DNA of 64,000 nucleotides from Polypterus senegalus (taxonomy: Eukaryota): contig NC_053155.1 of the NCBI RefSeq assembly GCF_016835505.1, positions 74,532,088 to 74,596,087 of the forward strand. The letters are read 5' to 3'. How positions within the stretch are numbered: the stretch's first letter is position 1; each line of letters begins with the position of its first letter. Both the position numbers and the translations under genes were made by a program. The notes below the pieces were generated by a model. It ran no database searches. It was not told the origin of the DNA and worked only from the letters and a program-made list of their open reading frames with translations. Below are positions 26,200-36,240 of this stretch, in pieces.

Positions 26200-26940
26200 G
26201 CTTGGGAATATTTAGCGGTAGCGTGTCTATGAACTTAATTTAACCTTTCCCAGTCCTGCAAAGTCAGTTCATGTGAGCCGCTCGGAGTACATGCATCAAA
26301 GCTTCTGAGCTGTGCTTGTGCTATCTCGTTCGATCTTGCGATGTCCATGGCTTTATTTAATGTTAGCTCAGACCCAGCACTTAAAAGTTTCTCTCGCACT
26401 TTTGTTGAGTTTGTGCCAAACACTATTCTATCCCTGACCATCTTATCTTCGTTTGCATAAGCACAGTCCTTCACCTACAACTTTAATTCCGCTACAAAGT
26501 GCTGAAAAGTCTCGTTTATACCCTGCGTCCTCTCAGTAAACTTGTATCTTGTGAATATCGTATTTGTCTTAGGCATGACAAACGCCAGTGGCAGTGTGTC
26601 TATGAACCTAATTTAAAGTTAAGCTTTACACCCTGCTTTCCTATTCGTTTGCATAAGCACAGTCCTTCACCAGCAATTATAACTCCGTTACAGCAATTGT
26701 AACTCTGTTACAAAGTGATTAAAAGTCTCGTTTATACCCTGCGTGTTCTCATTAAACTTGTATCTCGCGAATATTGTATTCGTCGTAGGCATGACAAATG
26801 CCAGTGGCATGCCTGTCTATGAACCTAAATTAAACTTAAGCTTTACACCTTGCTTTCCTATTGATATGTGTACAAAGGCTTGTTCAGCGTCAGAGGGTTT
26901 CCGCAGTAGCTGCACTTATGAATATGCTAAGCACAGTCCT
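26200..26940. repeat. tandem array of ~217-bp units (about 2.5-3 copies)
   Basis: Unit 26490-26706 (caaagtgctgaaaagtctcgtttataccctgcgtcctctcagtaaacttgtatcttgtgaatatcgtatttgtcttaggcatgacaaacgccagtggcagtgtgtctatgaacctaatttaaagttaagctttacaccctgctttcctattcgtttgcataagcacagtccttcacc...) repeats at 26707-26925 at roughly 85% identity. Partial unit pieces lie at 26200-26235 and 26445-26490. Confidence 0.6.
26235..26474 (-). pseudogene. retrotransposon gag-like fragment inside Helitron-like copy B
   Basis: - strand ORF ...MVRDRIVFGTNSTKVREKLLSAGSELTLNKAMDIARSNEIAQAQLRSF. The (R/K)DR(I/L)V.G......EKLL.E.DLTL.KA..IAR..E pattern recurs in gag/polyprotein leaders of LTR-type retroelements in animals. Confidence 0.35.
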
Positions 26941-27589
26941 TCACCTGCGAATATTTATCTTATATGGGCAGGCACTCAATAACGTGGGAGGCCTGATGAT
27001 GCGGGACGCAACTCCGCCTCACACGGCGACCGAGCTGCTGGCTGTAGCCGTATATATGGATGAAAGTAGGTTCCAGTTATGACCATTACGCATAGAATTT
27101 CGAAATGAAACCTGCCTAACTTTTGTAAGTAAGCTGTAAGGAATGAGCCTGCCAAATTTCAGCCTTCTACCTACACGGGAAGTTGGAGAATTAGTGATGA
27201 GTGAGTGAGTCAGTGAGTGAGTGAGGGCTTTGCCTTTTATTAGTATAGATAATATGTGGTCTGTGGTGAAGATGTTAACATTAGGTTGTTTTCTTATTCC
27301 TTTCCCATTAGTTTTATTCTTTTCTCAGCTTGTGTTCTGCAGGTAATGTATCTTTGCTGGGATGAAGAGTGTTGATTCTTTCATCATTTTGGGATTAATG
27401 TGTTCAGCTGGGAGTCATAACTCCACTCATAGAAAATGCACTACAGAATAATAATAGTAATATATTTTATTTATATATTACAATGGAGGAAAAATCACCA
27501 CCAACACAACAACGATTACGACACAAATTTATTTTTATTACATGCGTTAAAGGTTCAGTCAGCCAGGTTCATGTCAGGCAGTGGTTGTA

Positions 27590-27990
27590 CGATACAATAC
27601 AATACAATACAATACAGTTTATTTTTGTATAGCCCAAAATCACACAGGAAGTGCCGCAATGGGCTTTAACAGGCCCTGCCTCTTGACAGCCCCCCAGCCT
27701 TGACTCTCTGAGAAGACAAGGAAAAACTCCCAAAAAAACCTTGTAGGGAAAAATGGAAGAAACCCTGGGAAAGGCAGTTCAAAGAGAGACCCCTTTCCAG
27801 GTAGGTTGGGCGTGCAGTGGGTGTCAAAAGAAGGGGGTCAATACAATACACAGAACAGAACAAATCCTTAATACAGCAAAACAAAAATAATAAAATATTT
27901 AGAAGTACGGAGCAGAATTTAACAGTAGATGATACTGCCTCCTCAGCACTGTTCTCCCCCCAATCTCTGTGCAATACAACATGAAACTGA
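27590..27990 (+). repeat. (ACAAT)n microsatellite followed by an unclassified teleost interspersed repeat
   Basis: acaatacaatacaatacaatacaatac, then ...gtatagcccaaaatcacacaggaagtgccgcaatgggctttaacaggccctgcc...aaggaaaaactcccaaaaaaaccttgtagggaaaaatggaagaaaccctggg. I recognise this string as a widespread teleost repeat, but that is recall, not a search result. Confidence 0.35.
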
Positions 27991-28217
27991 ATTGAGATGA
28001 GATGATTGTCAGCTCATGGTTGTACATGGTTTCTGTTTGACACTTTTGTCATGTGGAAGGTTGGTTTGGGTGCAGATCGTGAACCCAGTTAACTTCTTTC
28101 TTTTGACATCTCGTACTTGTCTGCTCTCTGAGTTCAGTTAAACTGTGGCAGAGTGCCTGCTGCTTTAAGTGTCTAAAGGAATGTGATACCAAAAAAACAT
28201 TTTTTATTGTCTTCCAG

Positions 28218-28420
28218 ACACCAGGAATTTGAAATCCAGAAGAAACTCCGAAAGTGTGTTATTCGGCTATGTCCTCATATCTTTTTGTTAAGAACAAGAT
28301 GTTGTTTTCTCATTTATGAGTCTTCAGTTAAATTACTAGAGTTTGGTAAAAATGTTTCTGTACTGAAAAGCAGAATATTGTTTATGTTATAAATAAAAGT
28401 TACTTGAATAACAGGAATAC
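28218..28420 (+). other. candidate 3'-UTR terminal exon with AATAAA (possibly the spliced 3' UTR of the rnf17-like gene)
   Basis: Acceptor ttattgtcttccag|ACACC at 28217/28218. A polyadenylation hexamer AATAAA sits at 28392-28397. It could be joined from the consensus donor at 23872. This is a hypothesis only. Confidence 0.2.
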
Positions 28421-29654
28421 TTAACAGTATTGTTTGTTGTCGCCTGAGCAAAGATCTCATAAACAGCACGGGATCAAGGCAGGATTCAGCTCATCTGTGA
28501 AACCTTCAGTTAAACTGGAATATTAAAGATCACAAGTGCCGACATTGCTGGCACATCTTATTCTGTGTTCTTTTTCACTCCGTCTTGTGTAATGTTGAAG
28601 CTCGTGGAGCATCTCTCATTCTGTGTTCGGTAGCATTCTTTCAGATATGCAAATATGGTGTCACTTTCTTTGAAAATAACTGGGCAGAGACTTTATGACC
28701 AACATTTTTACACTTTCACTTGTTCTGTAAGAAGTTTGTACCAAGATACCAAGGTCAGGTATCCATCAGACTCTCACCATGGTTTGTACTTGGCTGTAAT
28801 CTGTTTCAAACTGAAAGGCCCAGCGCTGTAAGGGGCTGTGAAACTGGTAACATCTGTACTCAGATCCTTCCTGTTCCCAAGTTCTAGTCAAGACAATAAA
28901 CCATGTAAAACAAACGCCTGCAGTAAACTAGTTGGGACTACATTGTTGTTGTCTTCCTCTTTATATCCAAGGGGTTTGGTCCCATCTAACAGTCAACATT
29001 TAAGCTTTAGTTGCTGGTGACACACAACATCTGCATGAATTTGTTTCACAAAGGTCTACAGTTGAGGAGGTGAGTATAACTTAAATATTTCAATAGATCT
29101 TTAGCCCTCATTGCATGACAGGCCATCTGTGTAACTTAATTGCTGTTATTTTTAGGAAAGTGAAGTTGCTGATTGTTTACGGTACAGTATGACAATAAGT
29201 GAGTGTGATACTGTAAGCATTTGTAAAATATTCAGATGTCTTAGTGTTAAAGGTGGAATGGCCTTCACATGAACTTCACAAATGAAAAACAAATTAAATT
29301 AAACAGCAGCACATTGGCCTGTAATGCGCGGACATTTTATGGTTCTGAAATCAGCATTTCTTCTGTAAGCTTGATGTTGAACAGTGGCATTGATTGCAGG
29401 ACACAGCCATTTCTTAGGTAAGGTGGTTCTACTCGCTGAGCATGGGGCTGGGGAATGGAGATGTGTTGCATGTTGATTAGTACATGTAAGGTAGCATTAA
29501 CTGCACACGTGACATGTCTGACCCTATAAACCTGTGCCACTTAACCAAGTGGAAACAAACCTAAAGATAAAAGGATAATGTGTGGTCATCACTGAGGTCT
29601 TAAGTGTTGGTGCTTCTGAAGGTCCATTTTTAATTTAATGCCACAGATGTTGGT

Positions 29655-30600
29655 TGGCACAGTGGGCAGCACTGCCACATTGTGGATCAAGTATCTGGGG
29701 TTCAGTGTGCAGGTCCTGCTCCATGCTACCACTTCCAAATTTGGGAGCCTCTTGAACCTGTCAACGTAACCAGAAGAACTGGCAGATGGGGACAAAACAC
29801 ACTTGGAGCAAGAGAATGATGTAAAGTGTTCAGTGCTTTTATTAAAGCAAACCAAAACAAGATGATTTCCAAATAGTGCAGTGCATCAAAACATTTTCAA
29901 TAAATAATCCATAAAAATGTGAAACTGGTGAATCCTTCAATAAATAAATCCTTTAAAATTAGGTTAAAACTAATACAGGAAGTTGTCATTTTTTTAAAAC
30001 AAAACTGCCTTCTCCCTTTAACTGGCGGCTCCCCTGCTTATCCTATATGGGCCTTGCAGTAGGGGAGTCGCACACTCGGCAGGTTCAGCTGACCTTCAAC
30101 TGGTCCGGTTGCCTTCCATCCCCTCACCGGACTGAGACTCCGGTCCCCAGCGACCAGGGCCCAACACACTGGGGCTCTCTCTCCCAAGCCTCCTCGACTT
30201 GACTCCCATTGCCTTCCATGGTGAGCCGTTCAACCTCCTGTTAGCTCCTGCTCCTCAGAACTGTTCAACAGGAGTGACTGCTTCCAACTGCCTCAAGTGT
30301 CGGCCATACATTTCTTCTGGGATGCCTGCTGTCCACAGCTTGCTCACTCACAAACTGGCTCCTTCCATCTCCTGCCCTCTGTTTTTTCCTTTTTCCTCCT
30401 TTATTCCTCTCTTCTGCACTCACACGTCTACTTTTTATATGGGGACATGGCACAGGTGTGGTAATTGGCAGCTCCCGGGAACCTCTCCCACCACACTACC
30501 ACGCGCCCTCCTTAACGCAGCGAGTTCAGAGATTAGTTATTTAAAAAGGCAATTGGCCCATTCACACTCTGTGCCTGCTCATCTACACGTTCCTTCTGTG
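29655..30600 (+). repeat. unclassified ~1 kb interspersed repeat, copy 1 (SINE-like head, A-rich middle, GC-rich tail)
   Basis: Head ggcacagtgggcagcactgccacattgtggatc...ggggttcagtgtgcaggtcctgctcc. A-rich middle agtgcttttattaaagcaaacc...aataaataatccataaaaa. GC-rich 3' half. Homologous to 31566-32540 (copy 2). The ORFs inside (for example 30199-30609) look non-coding. Confidence 0.45.
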
Positions 30601-31565
30601 ACAACTTAAGTTTTCATCCTACATCACTTGCTACTAGTCATTTAAAAAATTGAGCAGAAAATGAAGTTGAATGTAGAACCTGTGAAGCAGTAGAACCAGT
30701 TTAATGTGGAGGAAGAAAATTTTAGAAGAGACTGAAAGGTTAAAGTAGGCTAATGCACCAGAACAGCAAGTGTTGCACCCTGAGTTGTATGCTTGCAGCA
30801 CTTAAGGTTATGTATATTTTATATGGGATTGACAGAATTCCTAACACAAAGTCAAGACAGTTTAGGGTGGGTCAGAATGCTGAACGCCCCCACTGCAACG
30901 TTTCATTTTCTTAGTGAAAGAAAGTTAAAAATGTGCAGAAATGGGCCTGTAGAGGTGTAACATGAGAGTTGGGCTTGTCATTTTGGTTTTATCCCAATAA
31001 ATCTCTAGTGAGCCGAGGAGTGCTTTCACTGGCTGTGGTGTAACAGTTGATGATTTGAAAGTTCAACTGCCACGTTTGCCACACCCTGCATTTTTAGTTT
31101 GGTGGTACTTCGCCAACTTCGATTCCTTTGGTTTAATCAGCTTGTTGTGTCACTAATCCTTAGAACCTGTTTGTTACCTTTGTTTAGTCACAAACTTGGC
31201 CACGGTCATCACCCTTTTATTTGGAAAATTGTCCATTATTTAATATGTTACTTAATGAAATACAATTCTCTAACATTTCATTTTCATCGAGACATGCACC
31301 CAGTATACTCAGAATGGAGACGAATGTGGTCTTCTCCCCAGTGTTCATTTTGACAATACATTTTGATTTTGTTTTATTCTTTGTCTTTTGACTAAATTGC
31401 ATTTTACTTTAACAAATTAATTTTAGTCAACTAAAAGTAAATTAGTCAAAATGAGATGGATGTCTTGTTTAACATATGAGCCTCTAAACAATTATACAGT
31501 ACTAACATGTACACGAATGAGCCAAACCACATGTAGTGATTATTAAACATAAAATGAAGAATAGG

Positions 31566-32540
31566 CATTGTGACGATGTGGGTTCTGGCTCCACGCTCCC
31601 TTTGATGTTTGGGAACCCTTGAACCCAACACCGTCGATAATGTTACCGAGAGAGCTAGTCAGTGAAGGCAAATTGAGCATCTGAGCAAGGGGATGGTTGA
31701 AAGTGCAACAGTGCTTTTATTAAAACAGTCAACAAAATAAACAGTGTTCATAAAGTGCAGTTCTTTCTTCATCAAATAAATAATCCATTAAAAGAACGTG
31801 GAGGTTAAAACAGTAGAAAAAAAAAAACACAATCCTTTAAAACCAGAGTTTAAAAATCTTCTTTAGGAAGCAGTCTTTAAATAATAACAAATCCGGTGCA
31901 TCGTTTCTATTAGCGTCTCACCTGCCTATCCCGTTTAGGCCAAGCAGCAGGCAAGACGCTCTCTGCAGCTGCCCTCCTGAAACACACGCATGAGACTGGA
32001 GACCTCCCGATCCCTGGCTCCGGTATGGCACTCATCCCAGCCTCGGAGAACTTGGTTTCCACCAACGGCCAGGTCGCCCAAGTTGGGGATTCCAACCACC
32101 AAGTCTCCCGACTTCCGCTGCCTTTCCATGGCCTCTCTGCGGCCAGTCGCCTTCCTGGTCACTCCGCTACATGGTCGCTCAGCGGGAGCGACATCCAACT
32201 GAAACGTCTGGGTGTTGGCCCAACACCCAGCTTCCTTACAGCTGCCCTAGAGCGCTCGATCGCGCGCTCACCACACGCACACACTGCGTGTCTGTCTCTC
32301 CTGCACCGCATGCTTCCTCGCTCCCTGTAACCTCCGTCCTCTTTCCTTTCCTTTTTCTCTCCGATCGTTTCTTACACCTCCCCACAACTGACTCGCGCTT
32401 CCTTTTAAAACGTGAGGGGCCATCCCAGCTGTAGCATTAGCCACGGGAGCAATCACGAATGTGGGCAGTTCCTCATCTGTGCACACAGTGAGAAACGCCC
32501 ACATCGACGACTGCCCCGCGGCTCACTACAACATCACCCC
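31566..32540 (+). repeat. unclassified ~1 kb interspersed repeat, copy 2 (5' head truncated)
   Basis: ggcattgtgacgatgtgggttctggctccacgctcc...agtgcttttattaaaacagtcaac...aaataaataatccattaaaag, then a GC-rich half with the same landmarks as copy 1 (cttccatgg; the ending ...ctgtgc...gac(a/g)ac). Confidence 0.45.
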
Positions 32541-32811
32541 CCCCTCACGAAGCCGCCTCGGGTGCGGTGATTATTTAAAATGAATGGCCTTTTCTCAACG
32601 AGCTGTGGACCCATAACACCACAGGCATACAAAGGATTTACTTCAAAAGATCTTGGTCTGTCATCGCAGTTTTCTGGCCTTCAACATGCCTTACTTACAC
32701 TGCTGTAAGTTTTACTATAAAAGGCCGAACCAAGCAACACATTTCATTTCAGCATCAGGTTATGAAAGAATGAGATCATCCTTGGACTACGTGATTCATC
32801 TGACCAGGTAC

Positions 32812-35800
32812 ACATTTTAAATTTATTCTCCATCCATCCTCTTCCGCTTATACGAGGTCGGGTCACAGGGGCAGCAGCTTGAGCAGTGATGCCCAGACTT
32901 CCCACTCCCCGGCCACTTCTTCTGGGGGAATCCCAAGTCGTTCCCAAGCCATCCAGGAGACGTAATCCCTCCAGCGTGTCCTGGGTCTTTCTCGAGGCCT
33001 CCTCCTGGTTGGACGTGCCCGGAACACCTCACCAGGGAGACGTCCAGGAGGCATCCTGATCAGATGCTCGAGCCACCTCATTTGACTTCTCTCGATGCGG
33101 AGGAGCAGCAACTTTACTCTGAGCCCCTCCTGGATGACTGAGCTTCTCACCCTATCTTTAAGGGAAAGCCCAGACACCCTGTGGAGGAAACTCATTTCAG
33201 CCACTTGTATTTGCGATCTTGTTCTTTCAGTCACTACCCATATAGCTCATGACCATAGGTGAGGGTAGGAACGTAGATCGACTGGTAAATTGTGAGTTTT
33301 GCCTTACGGCTCAGCTCCTTTTTCACCACGACAGACCGATGCAGAGCTTGCATCACTGCGGACGCCGCACCGATCCACCTGTCAAGCTCACGCTCCATTC
33401 TTCCCTCACTCGTGAACAAGATCCCGAGATACTTGAACTCCTCCACTTGGGCACGATCTCGCTCCCAACCCTGAGAGGGCACTCCACCCTTTTCCGGCTG
33501 AGGACCATGGTCTTGGATTTGGAGGTGCTGATTCCCATCCCATCCGCTTCACACTCAGCTGTGAACCGATCCAGAGAGGGCTGAAGATCACGGCTTGATG
33601 AAGCAAACAGGACATCATCATCTGCATAAAGCAGTGACCCAATCCTGAGTCCACCAAACCGGACCCCCTCAACACCCTGGCTGCGCCCAGAAATTCTGTC
33701 CATAAAAGTTATGAACAGAATCGGTGACAAAGGGCAGCCCTGGTGGAGTCCAACTCTTACTGGAAACGGGTTTGACTTACTGCCGGCAATGCGGACCAAG
33801 CTCTGACACCAGTTGTACAGGGACCGAACAGCTCTTATCAGGGGGCCTGGTACCCCATACTCTCAGAGTTACACAAACCCCTTCCCAGCCCCAGGATTCC
33901 CTGAGGAACACAGTCGAACATCTTTTCCAAGTCCACAAAATGTGCAGACTCATTGGGAAAACTCCCATGCACCCTCCAGGACCCTGCTAAGGGTGTAGAG
34001 CTGGTCCATTGTTCCACGACCAGGACGAAAACCACACTGTTCCTCCTGAATCTGAGGTTCGACTATCTGATGGACCCACCACTCCAGGACCCCCGAATAG
34101 ACTTTGCAGGGAGGCTGAGGAGTGTGATCCCTCTGTAGTTGAAACACACCCTCTGGTCCCCCATCTTAAAGAGGGGGACCACCATCCCGGTCTGCCAGTC
34201 CAGAGGCACTGTCCCCGATGTCCATGCGATGTTGCAGAGGCGTGTCAACCAAGACAGTCCTACAACATCCAGAGCCTTGAGGATCTCATCCACCCATGGG
34301 GCCCTGCCACCAAGGAGTTTTTTGACCACCTCGGTGACCTTAGCCCCAGAGATGGGGGAGCCCACCTCCAAGTCCCCAGGCTCTGCTACCTCATTGGAAG
34401 GCATGTTAGTGGGATTGAGGAGGTCTTTGTAGTACTCCCCCCCACCGACCCACAACGTCATGAGTCGAGGTCAGCAGCGCACCATCCCCACCATATACAG
34501 TGTTGATACTGCACTACTTTTCCCCCTCCTGAGACACCGGATGGTGGACCAGAATCTCCTCGAAGCCGTCTGAAAGTCGTTCTCCATGGCCTCCCCAAAC
34601 TACTCCCATGCCCAAGTTTTTGCCTCAGCAACCACCAAAGCCACATTCCACTTGGCCTGCCAGTACCTATCAGCTGCCTCTAGAGTCCCACAGGACAAAA
34701 GCTTCTTCAGCTTGACGGCATCCCTCGCCACCGGTGTCCACCAATGGATTCGGGGATTGCCGCCACGCCAGGCACCGACCACCTTACAGCCACAGCTCCG
34801 GTCAGCCGCCTCAACAATAGAGGCACGGAACATGGCTCATTCGAACTCAATATCCCCCACCTCCCTCGGGATATGGTCGAAGTTCTGCCGGAGGTGGGAG
34901 TTGAAGCTGCTTCTAAAAGGGGACTCTGCCAGATGTTCCCAGCAGACACTCACAGCACGTTTGGGCCTACCAGACCTGACCGGCATTCAACCCCACCATC
35001 AAAGCCAACTCACCACCAGGTGGTGATCAGTTGACAGCAATGTTCCCTCTAAGGAGTAGCATATAGTGAGCAAAAAACATTGTTTATGAGCGACATTTTG
35101 TTTAAGCCAAAAATTTATGAGCACCAATCTTTGCGCCAAGTACGAGCAATGCCGTCGGAATGAGTGATCGTGCAGGAAGTATGAGCGACGCTCTGAATTC
35201 CCTCACACGCTCAGCTTAGAGGGAACATTGGTTGACAGCTCTGCCCCTCTCTTCACCAGAGTGTCCAAGACATGTGACCGCAAGTCCGATGACACGACCA
35301 CAAAGTCGATCATCGAACTGAGGCCTAGGCTGTCCTGGTGCCAAGTGCACATATGAACACCCCTATGCTTGAACATTGTGTTCGTTATGGACAATCCGTG
35401 ATGAGCACAGAAGTCCAATAACAAAACACCGCTCGGGTTCAGATCGGGGGGCCATTCCTCCCAATCATGCCCTTCCAGGTTTCACTGTCATTGTCCACGT
35501 TAGCATTGAAGTCTCCCAGCAGTACGAGGGAGTCCCCAGAAGGTATACCTTCTAGCACCCCCTCCAGGGACTCCAAAAAGGCTGGGTACTCCAAACTCCA
35601 TTCGGCGCATACACACACACACAACAGTTAGGACCCATCCCCCCATCCGAAGGCGTAGGGAGGCTACCCTCTCGTCCACCAGGGTAAACCCCAATGAGCA
35701 GGTTCCAAGTTGGGGGGTAATAAGTATGCCCACACCCGCTCAGCGCCTCTCACTGGGGACAACTCCAGTGTGGTAGAGAGTCCAGCCCCTCTCAAGGAGA

Positions 35801-36240
35801 TTGGTTCCAGAGTCCAAGCTGTGCGTCGGCGACACACATCCCAAGAGTCAGCTTCTGTAGCTGAGGATCAGACCGCCAAGGTCCCCGTAACTCACACTGC
35901 ACCTGACCTCCTTGGTCCCTCCCATAGGTGGTGAGCCCATGAGAAGAGGGACCCACGTTGCCTCTTCGGGCTGTGCCTGGCCGAGCCCCATGAGTGCAGG
36001 CCCATTTGCCATCGAGCCCCACCTCCAGGCCTGGCTCCAGAGGGGGGCCCTGGTGACCCGCGTTCAGGCGAGGGAAAACGCCATCCAAAGTTTTCATTCA
36101 TCATTGAAGGTTTGCTGAACCGCTCTTTGTCTCATCCCTCATCTAGGACAAGTTTGCCTTGGGTGGCCCCATCAGGGGCATAACGCCCCAGACAACAGTT
36201 CCTAGTGCCATTGGGACACCCAAACCCCTCCACCACGATA
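32812..36240 (-). mobile_element. near full-length non-LTR retrotransposon with a single APE+RT ORF (RTE/L2-like fish LINE family), frameshifted
   Basis: Running 5' to 3' on the - strand: apurinic/apyrimidinic endonuclease (APE) segments ([23 protein letters not shown]; [23 protein letters not shown]); then RT (PLDWQTGMVVPLFKMGDQRVCFNYRGITLLSLPAKS; HQGCPLSPILFITFMDRI; LLYADDDVLFASS; QVEEFKYLGILFTSEGRMERE); then the C-terminal tail ...RIERSQMRWLEHLIRMPPGRLPGEVFRARPTRRRPRERPRTRWRDY. The reading frame is split across several ORFs. The 3' end carries ...gataagcggaagaggatggatgg, the tail motif shared with teleost SINEs. The element is GC-rich. Confidence 0.8.

Larger units (their letters stand above)
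25869..27249 (-). mobile_element. non-autonomous Helitron-like element, copy B, carrying a gag-like fragment and internal tandem repeats
   Basis: It has the same termini as copy A: on the - strand TCTATACTAATAAAAGGCAAAGCCCTCAC... at the 5' end and ...GGTATTTTGCTAG at the 3' end, with host A (plus-strand t at 27250) and host T (plus-strand a at 25868). Homologous to copy A across 25869-26190 and 26950-27249. Confidence 0.5.

Noticed and set aside
30199-32434. ORFs of 100-136 aa in GC-rich DNA (30199-30609, 31990-32202, 32025-32330, 32171-32434)
   Set aside because: They lie in the GC-rich halves of the two ~1 kb repeat copies. They overlap in several frames, are Pro/Ser/Arg-rich, and are not conserved in frame between the two copies. 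They look non-coding.
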